Positions 24,072 through 32,000 of a stretch of 32,000 nt of DNA are shown in pieces. The stretch comes from Bacillus subtilis subsp. subtilis str. 168 (GTDB taxonomy: Bacteria > Bacillota > Bacilli > Bacillales > Bacillaceae): the NCBI RefSeq assembly GCF_000009045.1, contig NC_000964.3:1620001-1652000 (forward strand), in the 5' to 3' direction. How positions within the stretch are numbered: the first letter of the stretch is position 1; every line of letters starts with the position of its first letter. Position numbers and translations under genes: made by a program. The notes below the pieces were generated by a model. It was not told the DNA's origin. It was given only the letters and a program-made list of their open reading frames with translations, and ran no database searches.

Positions 24072-26485
24072 ATTTTGCAGAAGTCATCGTTGATGTCAGC
24101 ACCAAAAATATAGACAGGCCTTTTGATTATAAAATCCCAGACCATCTGAAGGGCATGATCAAAACGGGGATGCGGGTCATTGTTCCGTTTGGCCCCCGTA
24201 AGATTCAAGGGTTTGTGACAGCAGTCAAAGAAGCATCTGACCTATCGGGAAAATCTGTCAAGGAAGTAGAGGATTTATTAGATCTTACACCTGTTCTGAC
24301 AGAGGAGCTTATGATTCTGTCATCATGGCTGTCAGACAAAACGCTGTCTTTTAAAATAACGGCGCTTCAAGCAATGCTGCCTGCCGCCTTAAAGGCGAAA
24401 TATGAAAAAGAATTAAAAATTGCACACGGAGCCGATCTTCCGCCGCAAGTGGAACGGCTGTTTTCTGAAACAAAGACGCTGCTGTATTCAGATATACCCG
24501 ATCATGAGACGCTGAAACTGATTCAAAGGCATGTTCAAAAAGGGGACATTGACGTGACGTATAAAGTCGCGCAAAAAACCAATAAAAAAATGGTCAGGCA
24601 TATTCAGGCAAATGCGAGTAAAGAAGAGCTTGCTAAGCAGGCTGAGGGATTGTCCCGCCAAGCAGCAAAACAGCAGGCGATTCTTCACTTTCTCATCTCT
24701 GAGCCGGAAGGTGTGAAAATTCCTGCGGCGGAATTGTGCAAAAAAACGGACACGAGCTCTGCAACCATCAAAACCCTTATCCAAAAAGGGCTTTTGAAGG
24801 AAAGCTATGAAGAGGTTTACAGAGATCCCTATCAGGACAAAATGTTCAAAAAAACAGAGCCCCTGCCGCTGACAGACGAACAGAGGGCTGCCTTCGAGCC
24901 CATACGCGAGACATTGGACAGCGATGAGCATAAAGTGTTCCTCCTTCACGGCGTGACAGGAAGCGGAAAAACCGAAATTTATCTGCAATCAATTGAAAAA
25001 GTACTGGCGAAAGGAAAAGAAGCCATCGTCCTCGTACCGGAAATATCGCTGACGCCGCAAATGGTCAACCGCTTCAAGGGCCGCTTCGGCTCCCAGGTGG
25101 CAGTCATGCACAGCGGTTTATCCACAGGAGAAAAATATGACGAGTGGCGTAAAATCCACCGGAAGGAAGTACGGCTTGTCGTCGGTGCCAGATCCGCCAT
25201 TTTTGCTCCGTTTGAAAATCTCGGAATGATAATCATCGATGAAGAGCACGAGTCTTCCTATAAACAGGAAGAAATGCCGCGCTATCATGCGAAAGAGGTG
25301 GCAATCAAGCGGGCTGAGCATCACAGCTGCCCGGTTGTATTAGGGAGTGCTACGCCGACATTAGAATCATATGCTAGAGCGCAAAAGGGCGTATACGAGC
25401 TTCTTTCACTGAAGCACCGTGTTAACCATCGGGTGATGCCCGAGGTTTCGCTTGTCGATATGAGAGAGGAGCTTAGAAACGGCAATCGCTCGATGTTTTC
25501 AGTTGAATTGATGGAAAAGCTTGAAGAAACGATTGCCAAGGGTGAGCAGGCGGTGCTGTTTTTAAATAAGAGGGGCTACTCTTCCTTTGTGATGTGCAGG
25601 GATTGCGGCTATGTCCCGCAATGCCCGCACTGCGACATTTCCATGACGTATCATCGTTACGGCCAAAGGCTGAAATGCCATTATTGCGGACATGAAGAGC
25701 CTGTTCCGCACACTTGTCCTGAATGCGCAAGCGAGCATATCCGCTTTTTCGGAACGGGAACACAGCGAGTGGAGGAAGAGCTGACAAAAGTGCTGCCAAG
25801 TGCGAGAGTGATTCGGATGGATGTTGACACGACATCACGGAAAGGCGCCCATGAAAAATTACTGTCAGCTTTCGGAGAAGGAAAAGCGGATATTCTTCTC
25901 GGAACGCAAATGATCGCGAAAGGGCTTGATTTTCCGAATGTCACGCTTGTCGGAGTGTTAAGTGCTGATACAACACTTCATATTCCTGATTTCAGATCGG
26001 CTGAAAAAACATTTCAGCTGTTAACGCAAGTCAGCGGCCGGGCAGGCAGGCATGAAAAGCCCGGCCATGTCATCATTCAAACGTATACACCGTCTCATTA
26101 CAGTATCCAGCTGACGAAAACACACGATTATGAAACGTTCTATCAGCATGAAATGGCGCACAGGAGAGAGCAATCCTATCCGCCATACTACTATTTGGCT
26201 CTTGTGACTGTTTCTCATGAGGAAGTGGCGAAAGCAGCGGTTACAGCTGAAAAAATCGCTCATTTTTTGAAAGCAAACTGCGGAGCTGACACGAAAATTC
26301 TCGGACCAAGCGCGTCGCCGATAGCCAGGATCAAAGATAGATATCGCTATCAATGCGTGATAAAATACAAACAGGAAACCCAGTTATCCGCTTTATTGAA
26401 GAAGATACTGGAACATTATAAACGCGAAATTGAACAAAAACATGTAATGATTTCAATTGATATGAATCCTTATATGATGATGTAA
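24068..26485 (+). CDS. priA: Primosomal replication-restart helicase PriA
   Basis: 805-aa ORF with Walker A GVTGSGKTE, DEEH (IIIDEEHE), and a Zn-binding insert with four CxxC pairs (CRDC..CPHC..CHYC..CPEC). Its start forms an ATGA overlap with coaBC. Confidence 0.96.
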   Translation: MNFAEVIVDVSTKNIDRPFDYKIPDHLKGMIKTGMRVIVPFGPRKIQGFVTAVKEASDLSGKSVKEVEDLLDLTPVLTEELMILSSWLSDKTLSFKITALQAMLPAALKAKYEKELKIAHGADLPPQVERLFSETKTLLYSDIPDHETLKLIQRHVQKGDIDVTYKVAQKTNKKMVRHIQANASKEELAKQAEGLSRQAAKQQAILHFLISEPEGVKIPAAELCKKTDTSSATIKTLIQKGLLKESYEEVYRDPYQDKMFKKTEPLPLTDEQRAAFEPIRETLDSDEHKVFLLHGVTGSGKTEIYLQSIEKVLAKGKEAIVLVPEISLTPQMVNRFKGRFGSQVAVMHSGLSTGEKYDEWRKIHRKEVRLVVGARSAIFAPFENLGMIIIDEEHESSYKQEEMPRYHAKEVAIKRAEHHSCPVVLGSATPTLESYARAQKGVYELLSLKHRVNHRVMPEVSLVDMREELRNGNRSMFSVELMEKLEETIAKGEQAVLFLNKRGYSSFVMCRDCGYVPQCPHCDISMTYHRYGQRLKCHYCGHEEPVPHTCPECASEHIRFFGTGTQRVEEELTKVLPSARVIRMDVDTTSRKGAHEKLLSAFGEGKADILLGTQMIAKGLDFPNVTLVGVLSADTTLHIPDFRSAEKTFQLLTQVSGRAGRHEKPGHVIIQTYTPSHYSIQLTKTHDYETFYQHEMAHRREQSYPPYYYLALVTVSHEEVAKAAVTAEKIAHFLKANCGADTKILGPSASPIARIKDRYRYQCVIKYKQETQLSALLKKILEHYKREIEQKHVMISIDMNPYMMM

Positions 26486-26511
26486 GATCTCACGTCTTGG
26501 AGGGTAACAAA

Positions 26512-26994
26512 TTGGCAGTAAAAAAGGTCGTCACACATCCTGCGGAGGTTTTGGAAACACCTGCGGAAACCGTGACTGTTTTTGATAAAAAGCTAAAAAA
26601 ACTGCTTGATGATATGTACGACACCATGCTTGAAATGGATGGTGTCGGACTGGCAGCGCCGCAAATCGGCATTTTAAAAAGAGCGGCCGTCGTAGAAATC
26701 GGGGATGACAGAGGGAGAATTGATCTCGTTAATCCTGAAATTTTAGAAAAAAGCGGCGAGCAAACCGGAATTGAAGGATGCTTGAGCTTTCCTAACGTCT
26801 ATGGTGATGTCACACGTGCCGATTATGTCAAAGTGCGTGCGTTTAACCGTCAGGGAAAACCGTTCATTCTGGAAGCGCGAGGCTTTTTAGCAAGAGCCGT
26901 GCAGCATGAAATGGACCACTTAGACGGTGTGCTGTTTACATCTAAAATAAGTAAATACTATACAGAAGATGAACTAGCGGATATGGAAGGATGA
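26512..26994 (+). CDS. def: Peptide deformylase
   Basis: The TTG at 26512 lies 7 nt after GGAGGG (26499-26504) and gives 160 aa ([10 protein letters not shown]...). The ORF-track start at 26497 overlaps the SD itself. It has the [13 protein letters not shown] and QHEMDHL motifs. Confidence 0.93.
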   Translation: MAVKKVVTHPAEVLETPAETVTVFDKKLKKLLDDMYDTMLEMDGVGLAAPQIGILKRAAVVEIGDDRGRIDLVNPEILEKSGEQTGIEGCLSFPNVYGDVTRADYVKVRAFNRQGKPFILEARGFLARAVQHEMDHLDGVLFTSKISKYYTEDELADMEG

Positions 26995-26998
26995 TTTG

Positions 26999-27952
26999 AT
27001 GACGAGAATCGTATTTATGGGAACGCCGGATTTTTCAGTTCCTGTTTTAAGAACCCTGATAGAGGACGGATATGAAGTAGTGGGGGTCGTCACACAGCCG
27101 GACCGTCCGAAGGGCAGAAAAAAAGTACTGACACCTCCTCCGGTAAAGGAAGAGGCATTGCGCCACGGCATCCCGGTTCTTCAGCCGGAAAAAGTCAGAT
27201 TGACAGAAGAAATTGAAAAAGTGCTGGCATTAAAGCCTGACCTGATTGTAACGGCGGCATTCGGACAAATTTTGCCTAAAGAGCTTCTCGACAGTCCAAA
27301 ATACGGCTGCATTAACGTTCACGCATCCCTTTTGCCGGAACTGCGCGGCGGTGCTCCGATCCATTATTCCATTCTGCAGGGAAAGAAGAAAACCGGGATT
27401 ACCATTATGTATATGGTAGAAAAATTGGATGCGGGCGATATGATCTCAAAAGTGGAAGTGGACATTGAAGAAACCGACAATGTCGGAACACTGCACGATA
27501 AATTAAGCGTTGCTGGCGCGAAGCTATTGTCTGAAACGGTTCCAAACGTTATTGCCGGCAGCATATCACCTGAAAAGCAGGATGAAGAGAAAGCGACGTA
27601 CGCGCCTAACATTAAAAGAGAGCAAGAGCTGCTCGACTGGTCCAGAACGGGCGAAGAGCTTTACAACCAGATCCGCGGCTTAAATCCATGGCCTGTTGCT
27701 TATACGACTCTAAACGGACAAAACTTGAAAATATGGGCGTCGAAAAAAATAGCGGCACCAACAACAGCTGAGCCCGGCACAGTCGTTGCAGTTGAAAAGG
27801 AAGGAATTATCGTTGCCACAGGTAACGAGACGGCTCTGTTATTAACCGAACTCCAGCCGGCAGGCAAAAAACGAATGAAAGGCGAAGACTTTGTGCGAGG
27901 CGCTCATGTTGAAGCCGGTGATGTGTTAGGAGTAAACAATGAAAAAAACTAG
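26999..27952 (+). CDS. fmt: Methionyl-tRNA formyltransferase
   Basis: The ATG at 26999 gives 317 aa. The ORF-track start at 26996 is an adjacent TTG. It has the [14 protein letters not shown] motif. Confidence 0.95.
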   Translation: MTRIVFMGTPDFSVPVLRTLIEDGYEVVGVVTQPDRPKGRKKVLTPPPVKEEALRHGIPVLQPEKVRLTEEIEKVLALKPDLIVTAAFGQILPKELLDSPKYGCINVHASLLPELRGGAPIHYSILQGKKKTGITIMYMVEKLDAGDMISKVEVDIEETDNVGTLHDKLSVAGAKLLSETVPNVIAGSISPEKQDEEKATYAPNIKREQELLDWSRTGEELYNQIRGLNPWPVAYTTLNGQNLKIWASKKIAAPTTAEPGTVVAVEKEGIIVATGNETALLLTELQPAGKKRMKGEDFVRGAHVEAGDVLGVNNEKN

Positions 27953-29282
27953 TGTTCGTGACATCGCCCTTGAGGCGCTGATCAAATTAGAACAAAACCA
28001 GGCATACAGCAACCTGCTGCTGAAATCGGTCATTAAATCAAATGAACTGAGTGATCAGAACAGAGGGCTTTTGACTGAACTTGTCTATGGTACATTACAA
28101 AATAAGATCGCGCTTGATTATATGCTTAAACCGTTTATCAATAAGCCTCAAAAGGTAAAGCCGTGGGTGATTCAGCTTCTTCGCCTATCCTTATATCAAA
28201 TGGAGTATTTGGAGAAGATTCCAGACAGGGCAGCCATTCATGAAGCGGTTGAGATTGCTAAAATCCGCGGACACAAAGGCATTGCTTCATTTGTCAACGG
28301 CGTGCTCCGTTCTATTCAGCGCGAAGGTGTTCCATCCTTTGACGCGATCGAAGATCCTGTCCGCCGGCTGGCGACAGAAACAAGCCATCCGGAATGGCTT
28401 GTGAAAGAGTGGGCGGATGCGTATGGATTTGAAGCTGCGGAAAAGATTTGCCGCATCCATCTCATTCCGCCGAAACAGACGCTGCGTGTCAATCAAATGA
28501 AAGCAGACAGAGCTGAGCTGCTTGACCAAATGGCTGCTGAGGGAATCGAAGTTGAAAAAGGCGACCTCGCTGAAGATGCTGTGAAGCTCTTAAAGGGAAC
28601 AATTGCCGGAACTCATTTCTTCCAAAACGGCGAAGTTTCTATCCAGGATGAGAGCTCCATGCTCGTCGCCCGCGCCCTTGATCCTAAGTCAGATGAAACA
28701 GTGCTTGACGCGTGTGCGGCGCCTGGCGGAAAGTCGGCTCATATCGCAGAATTAATGAAGAACAAGGGGAGCGTTACGTCGCTTGATCTTCACAAACATA
28801 AAGTGAAGCTGATCAAAGAAGCGGCAGATCGGCTTGGCCTGACAATCATTCATGCGGAAACAATGGATGCTAGAAAAGCGGGGGAAACGTTTGAAAACGA
28901 ACAGTTTGACCGAATATTGGTCGATGCCCCGTGCTCAGGTTTCGGTGTTATCAGAAGAAAGCCGGACATGAAATACACGAAAAAACCTGACGACAGCGCC
29001 CGTCTAGCTGAAATCCAGCTGTCGATCTTGAGGGAAATCGCACCATTAGTAAAAAAAGGTGGCACTCTTGTCTACAGTACGTGTACAATGGACCGGACAG
29101 AAAATGATGAAGTAATACATGCGTTTATACAAGAACATCCTGATTTTGAACCCGATTTGTCTCTTGAAAAGCGGCTGCCTGAAAAGGTGAGACCCTTTGT
29201 TCGGGATGGAAGGCTTCAAATCCTTCCTCATTATTTCGGAACAGATGGTTTCTTTATTTGCAGCATGAGAAAGAAGGGATAA
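27939..29282 (+). CDS. rsmB: 16S rRNA (cytosine-C5) methyltransferase RsmB/Sun (formerly yloM)
   Basis: 447-aa ORF with a NusB-like N-terminal domain, the SAM site [10 protein letters not shown], and the catalytic cysteines in DAPCSG and YSTCT. It overlaps fmt by 14 nt. Confidence 0.93.
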   Translation: MKKTSVRDIALEALIKLEQNQAYSNLLLKSVIKSNELSDQNRGLLTELVYGTLQNKIALDYMLKPFINKPQKVKPWVIQLLRLSLYQMEYLEKIPDRAAIHEAVEIAKIRGHKGIASFVNGVLRSIQREGVPSFDAIEDPVRRLATETSHPEWLVKEWADAYGFEAAEKICRIHLIPPKQTLRVNQMKADRAELLDQMAAEGIEVEKGDLAEDAVKLLKGTIAGTHFFQNGEVSIQDESSMLVARALDPKSDETVLDACAAPGGKSAHIAELMKNKGSVTSLDLHKHKVKLIKEAADRLGLTIIHAETMDARKAGETFENEQFDRILVDAPCSGFGVIRRKPDMKYTKKPDDSARLAEIQLSILREIAPLVKKGGTLVYSTCTMDRTENDEVIHAFIQEHPDFEPDLSLEKRLPEKVRPFVRDGRLQILPHYFGTDGFFICSMRKKG

Positions 29283-29285
29283 GCA

Positions 29286-30377
29286 ATGGCAGAACTTAAT
29301 AAAACAAAAGTAAGAAAAGAATTGCGGACAGAGCGTCCGTCTATTTATTCTTTTGAATTAGATGAAATCAAACAATGGCTGACAGACAATGGAGAGAAAC
29401 CGTTCCGTGCAGCCCAGATCTTTGAATGGCTATATGAAAAACGCGTATCTTCTTTTGAAGATATGACAAACCTCTCAAAGGATCTGCGTGAGAAATTAAA
29501 CACTCGCTTTGTGTTAACAACGCTGAAAACGGCTGTTAAACAAACCTCTCAAGACGGTACGATGAAGTTTTTGTTTGAGCTTCATGACGGTTATACCATC
29601 GAAACCGTTTTAATGAGACACGAGTATGGCAATTCTGTATGTGTAACGACACAAGTCGGCTGCCGTATTGGCTGCACATTCTGCGCGTCAACGCTTGGAG
29701 GCTTAAAACGAAACCTTGAAGCAGGGGAAATTGTCGCTCAAGTAGTCAAAGTGCAAAAAGCTCTTGATGAAACGGATGAACGCGTCAGCTCTGTCGTGAT
29801 CATGGGAATCGGCGAACCTTTTGATAACTTTAACGAAATGCTCGCTTTCTTGAAAATCATTAACCATGACAAGGGCCTGAATATCGGTGCTCGCCATATT
29901 ACGGTCTCTACGAGTGGAATCATCCCGAAAATTTACGAATTTGCTGATCAGCAAATGCAGATTAACTTTGCAATTTCTCTGCACGCGCCGAACACAGAAA
30001 TCAGAAGCCGTTTGATGCCGATTAACAGAGCATATAAACTGCCTGATCTAATGGAAGCCGTTAAATATTATATTAATAAAACAGGACGCCGTATCAGCTT
30101 TGAATACGGGCTGTTCGGAGGCGTAAACGACCAGGTGGAACACGCCGAAGAGCTTGCCGACTTGCTGGAAGGAGTCAAATGCCACGTGAACTTGATTCCG
30201 GTAAACTACGTGCCTGAACGGGACTATGTGCGCACACCGCGTGATCAGATTTTTGCTTTTGAAAAAACGCTGAAATCCCGCGGAGTAAATGTCACAATCC
30301 GAAGAGAGCAAGGACATGACATTGACGCAGCCTGCGGTCAGCTTCGCGCGAAGGAGCGTCAAGACGAGACGAGGTGA
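29286..30377 (+). CDS. rlmN: Radical-SAM 23S rRNA/tRNA adenine-C2 methyltransferase RlmN (formerly yloN)
   Basis: 363-aa ORF with the CxxxCxxC motif (CRIGCTFC) at 29661-29684 and a conserved C-terminal Cys in DAACGQL. Confidence 0.93.
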   Translation: MAELNKTKVRKELRTERPSIYSFELDEIKQWLTDNGEKPFRAAQIFEWLYEKRVSSFEDMTNLSKDLREKLNTRFVLTTLKTAVKQTSQDGTMKFLFELHDGYTIETVLMRHEYGNSVCVTTQVGCRIGCTFCASTLGGLKRNLEAGEIVAQVVKVQKALDETDERVSSVVIMGIGEPFDNFNEMLAFLKIINHDKGLNIGARHITVSTSGIIPKIYEFADQQMQINFAISLHAPNTEIRSRLMPINRAYKLPDLMEAVKYYINKTGRRISFEYGLFGGVNDQVEHAEELADLLEGVKCHVNLIPVNYVPERDYVRTPRDQIFAFEKTLKSRGVNVTIRREQGHDIDAACGQLRAKERQDETR

Positions 30378-30383
30378 TGAGGG

Positions 30384-31148
30384 TTGTTAACAGCCTTAAA
30401 AACAGATACAGGAAAAATCCGCCAGCATAATGAAGATGATGCGGGGATATTCAAGGGGAAAGATGAATTTATATTAGCGGTTGTCGCTGATGGCATGGGC
30501 GGCCATCTTGCTGGAGATGTTGCGAGCAAGATGGCTGTGAAAGCCATGGGGGAGAAATGGAATGAAGCAGAGACGATTCCAACTGCGCCCTCGGAATGTG
30601 AAAAATGGCTCATTGAACAGATTCTATCGGTAAACAGCAAAATATACGATCACGCTCAAGCCCACGAAGAATGCCAAGGCATGGGGACGACGATTGTATG
30701 TGCACTTTTTACGGGGAAAACGGTTTCTGTTGCCCATATCGGAGACAGCAGATGCTATTTGCTTCAGGACGATGATTTCGTTCAAGTGACAGAAGACCAT
30801 TCGCTTGTAAATGAACTGGTTCGCACTGGAGAGATTTCCAGAGAAGACGCTGAACATCATCCGCGAAAAAATGTGTTGACGAAGGCGCTTGGAACAGACC
30901 AGTTAGTCAGTATTGACACCCGTTCCTTTGATATAGAACCCGGAGACAAACTGCTTCTATGTTCTGACGGACTGACAAATAAAGTGGAAGGCACTGAGTT
31001 AAAAGACATCCTGCAAAGCGATTCAGCTCCTCAGGAAAAAGTAAACCTGCTTGTGGACAAAGCCAATCAGAATGGCGGAGAAGACAACATTACAGCAGTT
31101 TTGCTTGAGCTTGCTTTACAAGTTGAAGAGGGTGAAGATCAGTGCTAA
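30384..31148 (+). CDS. prpC: PP2C-family Ser/Thr protein phosphatase
   Basis: 254-aa ORF with a TTG start at 30384. It has the metal-binding motifs DGMGGH and CSDGLTN and a C-terminal GGEDNIT. Confidence 0.95.
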
Positions 31149-32000
31149 TCGGCAAGCGGATCAGCGGGCGTTACCAAATTCTCCGCGTCATAGGCGGCGG
31201 GGGAATGGCCAACGTGTATTTAGCTGAGGATATCATTCTAGACCGTGAAGTCGCAATTAAAATCCTGCGGTTTGACTATGCAAATGACAATGAATTTATC
31301 AGACGTTTCCGCAGAGAAGCCCAATCCGCATCAAGCCTCGATCACCCGAATATTGTCAGCATTTATGATTTGGGCGAGGAAGATGATATTTATTATATTG
31401 TCATGGAATACGTTGAAGGCATGACGCTTAAAGAATACATAACAGCAAATGGGCCGCTTCACCCTAAAGAAGCGCTGAACATCATGGAGCAAATTGTCTC
31501 AGCCATCGCTCATGCCCATCAAAACCAGATTGTTCACAGAGACATCAAGCCGCATAACATTTTGATTGATCATATGGGAAATATCAAAGTAACGGATTTT
31601 GGAATTGCGACGGCACTAAGTTCGACCACAATCACCCATACCAATTCAGTTCTGGGCTCGGTCCATTACTTATCACCTGAACAGGCCCGGGGCGGCTTAG
31701 CCACAAAAAAATCGGATATTTATGCGCTTGGAATCGTTCTATTTGAGCTTTTAACCGGCCGTATTCCGTTTGATGGAGAGTCAGCAGTCAGCATCGCCTT
31801 GAAGCATCTTCAAGCGGAAACTCCTTCGGCAAAAAGGTGGAATCCATCGGTCCCCCAAAGCGTTGAAAACATCATACTCAAGGCAACTGCCAAAGATCCT
31901 TTTCATCGCTACGAAACGGCTGAAGACATGGAAGCAGACATAAAAACAGCTTTTGATGCCGACAGACTCAATGAAAAGAGATTTACGATTCAAGAAGATG
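31142..32000 (+). CDS. prkC: Hanks-type Ser/Thr protein kinase PrkC, N-terminal kinase domain (3' end lies beyond the window)
   Basis: This gene is not in the ORF track because it has no stop within the window. A GTG at 31142 overlaps the prpC stop by 7 nt, and the frame stays open to base 32000. The translation is (M)[43 protein letters not shown]. Confidence 0.93.

Noticed and set aside
24488-24988. 166-aa minus-strand ORF antisense to priA, with further 70-120-aa antisense ORFs at 25118-25944 and 26021-26353
   Set aside because: All are nested in the priA coding frame. None has an RBS or domain-like sequence, so these are shadow ORFs.

Overview
I recognise this window, from the translated proteins and gene order, as core chromosome of Bacillus subtilis (168-like), not an accessory island. 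No database search was run. There are 31 tightly packed genes, 30 on the + strand. In order they are: the 3' end of pyrP; the PyrR attenuator; pyrB-pyrC-pyrAA-pyrAB-pyrK-pyrD-pyrF-pyrE (de novo pyrimidine synthesis); an S-box (SAM-I) leader followed by cysH-cysP-sat-cysC-sumT(ylnD)-sirB(ylnE)-sirC(ylnF) (sulfate assimilation plus sirohaem); rqcH/yloA on the minus strand, convergent with that operon; yloB (P-type Ca2+-ATPase); yloC-remA-gmk-rpoZ; coaBC-priA-def-fmt-rsmB-rlmN-prpC; and the first 286 codons of prkC. prkC is absent from the ORF track because it runs off the window. Several ORF-track starts are over-extended, and I corrected them from Shine-Dalgarno spacing (pyrF, pyrE, cysH, sat, sirC, rqcH, gmk, def, fmt). 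I found no rRNA or tRNA genes, CRISPR arrays, IS elements, prophage, toxin-antitoxin or defence-like genes, no pseudogenes, and no unexplained large non-coding stretch. My honest verdict is that the window shows no evidence of an undescribed system. The items most worth a second look are small. They are a perfect 9-bp inverted repeat in the rqcH/yloB divergent region, a structured spacer upstream of remA, a promoter-like element abutting the yloB terminator, the Asp-to-Asn change in the PiT-type signature of the sulfate permease CysP, and the Fe-S-type CysH sitting in the same operon as an APS kinase.
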